Shown here piece by piece: positions 48,721 to 57,090 of a stretch of 64,000 nt of DNA (positions are counted from its first letter, which is position 1; the number at the start of each line of letters is the position of its first letter). The notes beneath the pieces were generated by a model. The model did not search any database. It saw only the letters and a program-made list of their open reading frames with translations, and had not been told where the DNA came from. The position numbers were made by a program, and so were the translations under genes. Origin of the DNA: Candidatus Latescibacterota bacterium (GTDB taxonomy: Bacteria > Latescibacterota > UBA2968 > UBA8231); assembly GCA_963422735.1 (NCBI GenBank), contig OY730476.1:4256001-4320000 (forward strand). The letters run 5' to 3'.

Positions 48721-49181
48721 TTGGTCAGTACGCCACGTGCAGCAGGCACGGACCTCAACCAGCGAAAACACCTGCGCCAACTTCGCCGTCAGGGCATCGG
48801 ACGGCGGGTCTCAGAGTGAGGGGATGCGCCTATCGCCCGCTAGCCGAACAGCTTTAAGGCCCCGATAAGGCCCCACGTCGCCACTTGCAGGGCAATGATC
48901 CACCGCAAGTTGGAGTCAATTTTGGCGTTAAGGGCGTCGATTTTGGCTTCAAGTGCCGCACGATGGGCGTCGATTTTGGCTTCGATGCGGCTCAGCCGGA
49001 CGTCGATTTGCTCGACAATGCCCTCTAGCCGGGCGATGCGGCCTTCGTGGTCTAACGGATAGGGCCGCTCCGGCGGCGGAAGTTGCTCACTCACTATCTT
49101 GTAATATGAACAGCACAAAAAATTTCGTTCAGGCCGCACTCGACCCTCACAGGATTGGTCAATACGCCACGTGCAGCAGGC
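48721..49181. mobile_element. Small insert bounded by a 27-bp direct repeat (48721-48747 / 49155-49181, 434 bp apart)
   Basis: TTGGTCA(G/A)TACGCCACGTGCAGCAGGC with one mismatch; it duplicates the ...LLHVAY-stop end of the upstream gene. Confidence 0.7.
48840..49094 (-). CDS. Small coiled-coil protein with C-terminal TM (DUF1640/Bdr-like)
   Basis: GTG 49094; RIARLEG, repeated EAKIDA, LRWIIALQVATWGLIGAL. Confidence 0.65.
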   Translation of the reverse strand: MSEQLPPPERPYPLDHEGRIARLEGIVEQIDVRLSRIEAKIDAHRAALEAKIDALNAKIDSNLRWIIALQVATWGLIGALKLFG

Positions 49182-51735
49182 GCTGAACTCCCGTTTGCTT
49201 CGCGCCGAGGTCCGAATCCGCGTCAATGTCGATGCGCAAGATGTAAATCCCGGGCGGGACCACCCGTCCCTGCTGGTCTTCGGCCGCCCAGTTGATCCCA
49301 TATTTCCCGGCCACTAGGGGCTTCTGGGTGTCGAGTCTGCGCACCAGCCGACCGCCTAGGTCGTAGATGCGCACTTTGACGGGGCGGACCCCGTTCAACC
49401 GACGCACGGTGAAATCAATGGTTAGCGCGTCGTTGACCCCGTCGCCGTTAGGCGTCACTGCAGCTGGCTGGATCTCTATGTCTCCGAGCACGTTGTTGTC
49501 CTGCACCGAAGCTAGGATCTGCAGTCTTTGGCTCTGGGCCAGTTCAGTCACGTCCGCTGGGTCAATCTGTTGCCACGAGTTTGCCAACGACGAATTGCCC
49601 ATCGCCGCTTGGAGCACCACCCCGGGGGAAAACAGAGCGGTAGTAAATCGCACCTCAATCAGATCGACCTGCCCTCCCTGCTTTACCAGCCGGTCGAGGC
49701 GCAACCAGAGCGAATCGGAGCGCGTCTCCATCACCTGTACATTGGCTAGCTCTTCGGCTTGGCCGCTTTCCCACTGCGCTAAGCTACCCAAGCGCAGCGC
49801 GCCGAATTCGAGCGACATATCTGGCGGGGTGCGCACTAAGATTTCGTCGAAGCCCAGATCTTGCGGCGCGAAGATCGGCTTGACAAATAGCGAAACCTCC
49901 TCCGGTGCGCCCAAGCGCTCAAAGATCCCTATATCCAGTTCGCCTTGCAGTTGTCTCGCTACCGGCGGATTGAAGTGCAAGCGAATGGAGTTCAGTCTGG
50001 CGGCGCGTATGGGATCTGTGGTCGTCAACCGGGCGCGCAATGTCAGGTATTGACGCGGGCTGGGCGAAGCAATCGGGTCGCCGGAACGCGCGTAGGGCGC
50101 GCTCCAGTTGCTCCAGTCGGAGCCGGCCACCTGTAGGGTGTCGATCCGGCCCTTCTTGAAAAAGCCCAACTTCTCGTATTTGCCCGCCGAGACTTCCACG
50201 CCGCCGCTGTCGTAGTAGCGATATGCTTCGGCGATCTCATTGCCGGTGCGGGTCTGGATTTGCACGGATGTTCCCGGGGGCGCGTCCGCCTCCCATTCGA
50301 TCGACACCAAGCTCTTAGCTCCCTGCAACGGGATCAACCCCGACTCCAGCCCCACCTCGGGATGGTGCCCTTCGCCGTAGAGCTGCACTTCTCGGAGGCG
50401 CGCTTTATTCCCCTCCCGGCCCGACTCGCTGCTAGCAAAGGGATAGGCCACGCGCACAAAGCGGGCCGGAGTCGGCTGGAAGGTGTTGACTTCAAACGCC
50501 GTGCCTAGCCCGCGGACCTGTTCGGGTACCGTCCACAGCCGCCCGCCGCCCGGGGCGGGGGTACCGTCTGAAGTCTTGATTTCGTAGCGGTGAAAACTAG
50601 CTCCGGCTAGCTGGCCGCCAGCAACGCTGAGGTTGTACCATAGCTGCACGGTGTCGAGCCAGTAGGAAGCACCTAGGTCGAACTCCAGAAAGCGCTCGCC
50701 AAATGCCACGTTCCCCGTCTGAAAGGCTTTGAGATTAAAGGTCAGATAAGTGCCTTCCCCGTCCACTAGGTTGCCCACCGACCCTTCGTGGGAGCTTTCG
50801 GCGCTGCCATTGCGGTCTAGGATCATGCCCGGCGAAATATTCTTGCCCAGTTCATAGACAGCCAACTCGGCCAAGCGCGGCCGCTCTCGCCGATAATAGC
50901 GCACCGAGCCACGCAATTGCGGGTCAATCGCCTCGTAGATCGCCTTCTCGACCTCCACTTCTCCTTCCTCCACCTGCTTGTAAAAGACCACGTCCCCCTG
51001 GTCGCGACTTGCCAACGCCTCGTATTCTTCAGCCGACACCTCGACGGCGCGTGCGCCATCGCTTTCGGTGACCACAACTTGGACGAAACGCACCATATCC
51101 CCCGCAAAATCCACGCCGGGAACGGGGTTAATTAGCTCCCCTCGGTTCAGGTCAAACTCAAACTCGCGCTGGTTCTTGTTGTCGCTTGGGGTCCGGTACA
51201 CCAAGTGCATGGGCACCTTGCCCGCCACCTTGTTGCCCTGATCGGCGTTGTCAGCCGTCAGCACCGCGAACTGCAAAAAGGGATCGCCCTGCCCCTCGGG
51301 CACGAATTGCAACCCGACTCGCGTGGCATTGATCAAGCGGCCCATATCGACCTGGAACCACCAGTCCCGCAGCGGGCTGTCGGGGTCCGGCTCCCAATAG
51401 GTCGTTTCGTCGCCGTCGAAGAGGTTGGCGACAGCTGCCTTGTTGGAGCCAGCTTCGATCGCGTCGAGGATGGTCGTGTTATCGGGGTCAGAAGCGATGC
51501 GCTGCAGGTGTTGGATAATGTCCGTTACGGCGTTGTGGTCCTTAGGCACAAAGGCCGGAACGACCTCCCCGGTGGCGGCGATATCCAGCGTCCCCTCGAC
51601 GAAGGCCCAATTACTCCAGTGACGTTGGGTGTTTACGATTACGTGGTCGGAGCGCAGGGCGTGATTCTGTGCCCCCACCAACCCCCACAACCCAAAACCC
51701 AAACCCAGTGCCAGTACGCATTTCCCGCTGCCCAT
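49159..51735 (-). CDS. Large secreted protein (discoidin/F5-8-like modules) with PNGDGVND/FlgD-Ig C-terminal domain
   Basis: AGGAG RBS then ATG 51735; NLFDGDETTYW..WFQVDMG, WSNWSAPY, SPSPRQYL; VTPNGDGVND...PPGIY...VAY. Confidence 0.85.
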   Translation of the reverse strand: MGSGKCVLALGLGFGLWGLVGAQNHALRSDHVIVNTQRHWSNWAFVEGTLDIAATGEVVPAFVPKDHNAVTDIIQHLQRIASDPDNTTILDAIEAGSNKAAVANLFDGDETTYWEPDPDSPLRDWWFQVDMGRLINATRVGLQFVPEGQGDPFLQFAVLTADNADQGNKVAGKVPMHLVYRTPSDNKNQREFEFDLNRGELINPVPGVDFAGDMVRFVQVVVTESDGARAVEVSAEEYEALASRDQGDVVFYKQVEEGEVEVEKAIYEAIDPQLRGSVRYYRRERPRLAELAVYELGKNISPGMILDRNGSAESSHEGSVGNLVDGEGTYLTFNLKAFQTGNVAFGERFLEFDLGASYWLDTVQLWYNLSVAGGQLAGASFHRYEIKTSDGTPAPGGGRLWTVPEQVRGLGTAFEVNTFQPTPARFVRVAYPFASSESGREGNKARLREVQLYGEGHHPEVGLESGLIPLQGAKSLVSIEWEADAPPGTSVQIQTRTGNEIAEAYRYYDSGGVEVSAGKYEKLGFFKKGRIDTLQVAGSDWSNWSAPYARSGDPIASPSPRQYLTLRARLTTTDPIRAARLNSIRLHFNPPVARQLQGELDIGIFERLGAPEEVSLFVKPIFAPQDLGFDEILVRTPPDMSLEFGALRLGSLAQWESGQAEELANVQVMETRSDSLWLRLDRLVKQGGQVDLIEVRFTTALFSPGVVLQAAMGNSSLANSWQQIDPADVTELAQSQRLQILASVQDNNVLGDIEIQPAAVTPNGDGVNDALTIDFTVRRLNGVRPVKVRIYDLGGRLVRRLDTQKPLVAGKYGINWAAEDQQGRVVPPGIYILRIDIDADSDLGAKQTGVQRLLHVAY

Positions 51736-51761
51736 AGCCCAATCTCCTGAACTAGCTGGTT

Positions 51762-53750
51762 TCAATAGGCGACCGCTACAACCCCTGCTTGCTGCCGCCG
51801 CCCCTCCTCGGTCTGTACTTCGACGCGGCAAATGTAAATACCAGGAGCTACCCGCTGCCCATGTTCGTCCAAACCGTCCCACCGCCGTCGGTGGCGACCA
51901 GCCGCGTCAAAACCATGGTACACCTCGCGTACCAATTCGCCGGCCAAGTCCCGCACTTCCACCACTACCGGGGTCGGTGCCACCAGCTTGAGCAGATCAT
52001 AGGCCATGTCCAACCCGTCGTTGACGCCATCGCCGTTGGGCGTAAAAACGCCGCCGGCCAAATCTAGCGCGCCGAGGACCCGAGGCCCTAGCGCAAGGGC
52101 CTGCACCGAAAGAGTGTTGCCGTCCCTGAGCGCCGTGGCGTCGCCAGACTGCACTGGCTGCCCAATCTCCTGCGGGGTTTCGCTGTTGAACACGCGACCG
52201 GCAAAGGTCGCCCCGTAGCGAAAAATCTCGCCGCTGAAATCCACTTCCACCACTTCTGCCGTGCGGTCCACGTCCAGCCTCGGCACCCCCACCACCAGCC
52301 GCTCAGCCCCTTCTTCAACCCGTTCAAAAGCCACCTCTTGCCCCCCGATCCGCACACCGTCGAGGCTTATCAGCCGCCCTCCCTTGGCCGAGATTTCCAA
52401 ATGATCGAACCCCGGATCGCCGAGCCTAATGGTAGGCCGGATGGCGTAGGTAAACTGCGTCACTTGGGCCGTCTCGACCTGATAGGGATCGATTTCTCCC
52501 ACCAGTGCTGTGACCGCCGGCGGGGACGCGGTGAACTCCACGTAATGCATCCGGCTGCCCGCGGCGATGTTCGATTGAAAGTCCAACTCAAACTGGACAA
52601 AACGCCGGGGCTTAGTAGCCGACCAGCGCGTCCCGGTGCTGTCGCTGAAATCATAGGTCGTCGACCAGAAATCCCAATGGTCTGCATCGCGGGTGATTTT
52701 GCCGCGCTCGGAAATTTCCAAGCGCCCGTAAGTCCGCAGGGTTAGCGGCTTGCCCTTGGTGTCGTAGTTGACCTGCTCGTCGCCCCGGAATGTATGACGC
52801 CAGTATATGTTGGGATCGACATCGCTGCCGCTCTGGCTGCGGATATGGACCGTGGCCGCCGCGTCCTTGCGCCCCGACCAGCGCAACGCACCCAGCGCGA
52901 CCTCTTTGCCGAGATCGAGGATATTGGAAAAGTACGAGGCGTTGGGCACATAGCCGGGCGCGAAGATCTCAAACTCGGCGATTTCCCAGTCGCGAGTTGG
53001 TTGCGATGGCACGAATAGCACCACGCGACGGACGTACTCGCCGGTGAGTTTCACTTCTACGGTAGAGCGGGTGTTTTCCTTTACCTCCAACAGCGCGTCA
53101 AAATACATGTCTTTGCGGTTGTAGAGGTCGCGGTGGGCCCGGTTGACGAAGCCCAAACAGTTGTCCGTCCTCCCGGCAGTGCAAAGGTCAACGCTGCTGA
53201 TCCCCGCTTCTTCAATCGTCAGCGTATTGGTCCAGATGTGGAAGAGTTCGATGTAATTATCCTCGTTGCCAGCGCGCGTGAAAAAGCGGATTCGATCTAC
53301 CGCAAACAAGCCGCCGAGGTCGAACAACAAGGTTTTGCCGAATCGCAAATCATCCCCCACGTTCACCCGATTGGATCCCTTCTCTTCGCGATAGGCCGTC
53401 GCGGGATCGCTGTCGTTTATCAAGATAATATCGTCGGTTTCAACCCAAGCTTGAAAGCCCTGGGTCTGTAGATAGCCGCCGCGATCCTTGACCGTCGGCG
53501 CGATATTCACATCGGCGGGGAAGAACAAAGGGGAAATGGCATCGGGTGCAATCGTCAGAGATTCGCTTGCTCCCTGCAAGTCGGCATCGAGTTCGGCCCA
53601 ACTAAATTGAACGAAATCGGCTTCCCCGCTGGCCACTTCGGGTGGCAGCGGCAAGCCCTCGCCACCCAGCCGATAGACGGTCAATCCCGCCACCGAAGTG
53701 CTACTCGCGGCCAGCAATAGCGCGGCGCAGAAGCCTCTGAATGCGACCAT
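51762..53750 (-). CDS. Large secreted protein with PNGDGVND/FlgD-Ig C-terminal domain
   Basis: GGGAG RBS then ATG 53750; signal peptide; FDLGG, WEIAEFEIF, KPRRFVQF; FTPNGDGVND...WDG...APGIY...VAY. Confidence 0.85.
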   Translation of the reverse strand: MVAFRGFCAALLLAASSTSVAGLTVYRLGGEGLPLPPEVASGEADFVQFSWAELDADLQGASESLTIAPDAISPLFFPADVNIAPTVKDRGGYLQTQGFQAWVETDDIILINDSDPATAYREEKGSNRVNVGDDLRFGKTLLFDLGGLFAVDRIRFFTRAGNEDNYIELFHIWTNTLTIEEAGISSVDLCTAGRTDNCLGFVNRAHRDLYNRKDMYFDALLEVKENTRSTVEVKLTGEYVRRVVLFVPSQPTRDWEIAEFEIFAPGYVPNASYFSNILDLGKEVALGALRWSGRKDAAATVHIRSQSGSDVDPNIYWRHTFRGDEQVNYDTKGKPLTLRTYGRLEISERGKITRDADHWDFWSTTYDFSDSTGTRWSATKPRRFVQFELDFQSNIAAGSRMHYVEFTASPPAVTALVGEIDPYQVETAQVTQFTYAIRPTIRLGDPGFDHLEISAKGGRLISLDGVRIGGQEVAFERVEEGAERLVVGVPRLDVDRTAEVVEVDFSGEIFRYGATFAGRVFNSETPQEIGQPVQSGDATALRDGNTLSVQALALGPRVLGALDLAGGVFTPNGDGVNDGLDMAYDLLKLVAPTPVVVEVRDLAGELVREVYHGFDAAGRHRRRWDGLDEHGQRVAPGIYICRVEVQTEEGRRQQAGVVAVAY

Positions 53751-53789
53751 GCCTACATCTCCCAAAGGGAAAGACTTAACACACAGAAA

Positions 53790-53826
53790 TCTGAAGGGGA
53801 GATGCACGAGACACCTCCCCTTCAGA
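53790..53826 (-). terminator. Strong stem-loop after 53864-54823 (partial terminator or mRNA stabiliser)
   Basis: TCTGAAGGGGAG...CTCCCCTTCAGA 12-bp perfect stem, followed on the minus strand by TTTCTGTGTGTT. Confidence 0.7.
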
Positions 53827-53863
53827 GACTACAGTTTACGGATAGTTAAGGACGAGAAGCAAA

Positions 53864-54823
53864 TTACTGGATATAGGCGGCCTTGATGCGCCCCCAGCTT
53901 TCTTCCTCTACCGCGGTTCCGGTCCCAAGGCTGCTGAAATCCACGCGGGGATCGAGTGGTGCCAACAGGAAGTCCGAGCAGTTGACGCAGTCGAACCACA
54001 TCTGGATGTTGGGGTTGATACCCCAACCGCCGTCGCTGGCACCGCCATTGTCCTCTTCGGCCGAGTCCATGTCGTGCACGACCCAACCCAGACCGATGGT
54101 ATTGCCCTCGGTGAAGGTGTGGATCTGGCTTTCGTCGGGACCAAGCCAGTGGAAGTCGTCCCAAGCGACCGACATCACTTCAATGCGCGCCGTGACCTCG
54201 CCCGAGTTGACCTCGCCGTCTAGCTGGAAACCGTAATCGCCCCACGGGGGAACGTCGTGCCAAGTGGACTGGCTGTTGAAGAACCACTTCCAACCGACGG
54301 CCCGGTTGGCATCGGGCATCTCGGGCCAGACATAGTGGGCATTCTGGGCAAAACGACCCTGATTGCGCTGGCGCTCGTCGTCGTCTTCGTAATCTTCGGG
54401 GAGCGCAAAATGCCGGTCGCCGCCGTGGTCGGCGTCGATCATGATCTCCCAGCTATCATCGCCAGCGGCAACCGCACCAACGCCATTGCGATCCCAATAG
54501 TTGTCAAAGCGCTCCATCATAAGATAGAGGCGGTTGGTCCCCGCGCTCCAAGCACCTACCACCCGAAACGACAGATTGCTCTCGTCGTTTTCGTGGCCCA
54601 AGCCGAGATAGTACTCGTAGTGCGAGTCAAAGGGGACGTAGTAATCCTCGGGAACGATATCCCACTCAGAGAGGTCGCCGTCCAAGGTCGGTTCCTGGCC
54701 AGCAGGCCACTGGAAAAGCGTACCGGAGTCGATGCCGGGGATCGGCACATGGGCCGATGCTGCCCTAACCTGCAACAGGATGCCGAGGGCCAAAATACTC
54801 GCGATGCTCAAAAATCTCTTCAT
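53864..54823 (-). CDS. Secreted CBM9/DOMON-like acidic protein with short C-terminal TAVEEESWGRIK motif
   Basis: GAGGTG RBS then ATG 54823; signal peptide; PTLDGDLSEW, DSWEIMIDAD, EGNTIGL.W...D.D. Confidence 0.8.
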   Translation of the reverse strand: MKRFLSIASILALGILLQVRAASAHVPIPGIDSGTLFQWPAGQEPTLDGDLSEWDIVPEDYYVPFDSHYEYYLGLGHENDESNLSFRVVGAWSAGTNRLYLMMERFDNYWDRNGVGAVAAGDDSWEIMIDADHGGDRHFALPEDYEDDDERQRNQGRFAQNAHYVWPEMPDANRAVGWKWFFNSQSTWHDVPPWGDYGFQLDGEVNSGEVTARIEVMSVAWDDFHWLGPDESQIHTFTEGNTIGLGWVVHDMDSAEEDNGGASDGGWGINPNIQMWFDCVNCSDFLLAPLDPRVDFSSLGTGTAVEEESWGRIKAAYIQ

Positions 54824-55026
54824 AATGCAATTCACCTCATGGGTTTGTGGTTTGAACATTCGTCAAAAAAACGAAAAATGAGCTTCTAATGCTAGAACAG
54901 CCTCTCTTCACCTCCTTTCAACAGCTCTTAATAATTGGCATAATCTTATAATAAAAATTAGAGAACGGCAAAAAACAACTATCTACGTAGTGCCTCTTAA
55001 GAGCATGTCCGAGTGCGCGGTCGTAT

Positions 55027-55056
55027 AAAAAAGGCCGCTAAACGGGGTTTGCGGCT
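55027..55056 (-). terminator. Rho-independent terminator after the substrate-binding protein gene
   Basis: Minus strand reads GCCGCAAAC-CCC-GTTTAGCGGC then CTTTTTT. Confidence 0.7.
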
Positions 55057-57049
55057 AATTTGCAACTTCCTCGTCTAGATACCAAGTCTCTGGATAGTAC
55101 GGCCACGTCCAGCGCGAATCCCAACCCCAATAGCCTTGGGGCGGCACATTGTGCAGCTTGTGGCTGACCACGACCGGATGCGGCCCTAAGCCAATGACGC
55201 CGAGGGCCCACAGGTTCTCGGCGTGGCTGCGAAGGATTTTCTTGCCCATCGCAATGCGCTCTTCCTCGTCCGTGGTGCGGCGCAGCGTCTCCCACCAGCC
55301 AATCAGCGCCTTGATCTGCGCCGGAGGCTCCCACCCGAGGGCGCCGTCGGAAAAATACCACCGCGTCCACTTGGACCACTGGCTCTGCTCCCAGCCGCCA
55401 TTGGTCGGCACGTACCAGTACGGCTCTATGGGAAAGAGGATATCCGCGTTGCGGTCGGCGTGCCAGATAGTCATGTCCATCAAGCCCGCCTTGGCGCGGA
55501 TCCGCTGCAAACTGCCGCTGATCTGTTTGAGATTGACGTTTACCCCCACTTCGCGCCAGTGGGCCGCGACTAAGTCCAAGGTGACCTGCTTGGGCGTCTC
55601 GCCGATCATGTACTCCAAGGTGATTTGCAAAGGTTTGCCGTCGAGCCGCTCGCGTTTGCCGTCTCCGTCGCGATCGACAAGCCCCATTTCGTCGAACAGG
55701 GCACTTGCCCGCGCCGGGTCAAACTCGGCCCAAGCAGTGGCAAATTCTGGCTCGAAGTAGCGACTCGCAGGCACCACCGTCAACTGGCGCGGCACCCCGT
55801 ACCCAAAGTAAACGATGTCGTTGATTTCCTCCCGATTGATGGCTAGCGACATGGCCCGCCGGAAGCGCACGTCTTGGAAAATTCGCCGCAGCCCCTCGTC
55901 GGGATGATTCAAATTGAACTGCAATACCACGTCCGAGCCGTAGGGCCTCGGCCAGACGTACGTGGAGTAGTCGTTGTTCTGCTCAAAGCGCTTAAATAAC
56001 GGAATATCGGCTGTCATAAACTGCCGGCCGGCGAAGTCAACTTGTCCGGTCGAGGCTTTGGCCGCCATGATCTCGGGGCTATCGACCCGCTGTACCTCTA
56101 GATAATCGATATAGGGCAACTGGTTGCCCTTGGGATCCACCTTGGGGTAGTAGGGATTGCGGCGCAGCCGGGTGCGCGTCGAGGTTCGGCTGACCAGTAC
56201 ATAAGCCGTCAGCACCGGGCGGTTGAAGGGGATCAGATCGGTCGTGCTGTTGACGGCTGCGAAATAGGTGCGCCAGTCCTGCAAGCCCAGCTTTTCGGCC
56301 TCGCGCTCCAATTGCGCCGGCTCGGTAAAGGCCGGGTGGTAGCGGCGCATAAAGTGCGCTGGCACTGCCAAGCGCGAACTGTTGTGGGCGAGGTGGTTGA
56401 CAAAAAGCGGCACCGGCTGGGGAAAGTGATAACTGAAACTATGCGCATCGTGCTTTTCGATTCGTGCGCCTTTGAACCGAGGCTCCACCACCGGCGTGAG
56501 CTCTTCGTTCATCAGCACGTGGTCGAACCAGAATGCGTAGTCGTCGGCCGTTACGGGATGGCCGTCAGACCACTTGTGGCCGGGGCGCAGGGTAATCTGC
56601 AAGGTCCTCGCGCCATTGAGGTATTCGGCCTTTGCAGCAAAATTCGGCAGATTCAATCGCATTTGCGGCCCCGGACGCAGCACTCCCTCGGGCACGTTGA
56701 TCAGGCTTTCACCAGCCAAGAACAGCCGGGCCGTGCCCCCGTAGCGGCCAATTTCGCCGAAGGGTTCGACCACCACCGGGTCGTCGGGCAGGCGCTCGGC
56801 GACCGGCGGCAATTCACCGGCAGCGACCGATTCATCGAGCACGGGCGATTGGCGGAAGGTCTGCAATCCCACAGCCGCAGCCGTGGCTGGCGGCCGGAAC
56901 CAAGCCTCTGGCCATGCGGATCGCGGGATGTCGCCCGTCGGCGACGCGCGCTGGACCTCGGCCGCCATAATCGGGCGATCCGTTTCGGGCGGAGCACAGC
57001 CCAACCACGCCACCGCGCCTATGCGCCACACCATCCTGCGAGTCAGCAT
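55055..57049 (-). CDS. ABC-type substrate-binding lipoprotein, family 5
   Basis: WLGC lipobox; GELPPVAERLPDDP, GRYGG, KWSDGHPVTADD, RNPYY.KVD..GNQLPYID, FRRAMSLAINREEI. Confidence 0.92.
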   Translation of the reverse strand: MLTRRMVWRIGAVAWLGCAPPETDRPIMAAEVQRASPTGDIPRSAWPEAWFRPPATAAAVGLQTFRQSPVLDESVAAGELPPVAERLPDDPVVVEPFGEIGRYGGTARLFLAGESLINVPEGVLRPGPQMRLNLPNFAAKAEYLNGARTLQITLRPGHKWSDGHPVTADDYAFWFDHVLMNEELTPVVEPRFKGARIEKHDAHSFSYHFPQPVPLFVNHLAHNSSRLAVPAHFMRRYHPAFTEPAQLEREAEKLGLQDWRTYFAAVNSTTDLIPFNRPVLTAYVLVSRTSTRTRLRRNPYYPKVDPKGNQLPYIDYLEVQRVDSPEIMAAKASTGQVDFAGRQFMTADIPLFKRFEQNNDYSTYVWPRPYGSDVVLQFNLNHPDEGLRRIFQDVRFRRAMSLAINREEINDIVYFGYGVPRQLTVVPASRYFEPEFATAWAEFDPARASALFDEMGLVDRDGDGKRERLDGKPLQITLEYMIGETPKQVTLDLVAAHWREVGVNVNLKQISGSLQRIRAKAGLMDMTIWHADRNADILFPIEPYWYVPTNGGWEQSQWSKWTRWYFSDGALGWEPPAQIKALIGWWETLRRTTDEEERIAMGKKILRSHAENLWALGVIGLGPHPVVVSHKLHNVPPQGYWGWDSRWTWPYYPETWYLDEEVAN

Positions 57050-57090
57050 AGACGCAATGCCCTCCTCGTTTTCTTATATTGTCTCAATCC

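Noticed and set aside
37354-49181. Integron cassette array or diversity-generating retroelement
   Set aside because: No integrase, reverse transcriptase, attC-like repeat or template/variable repeat pair was seen; only one insert has a flanking duplication.
54908-54918. 16S rRNA 3' end (TCACCTCCTTT)
   Set aside because: The flanks show no rRNA sequence; it is read instead as an SD-like motif on the minus strand.
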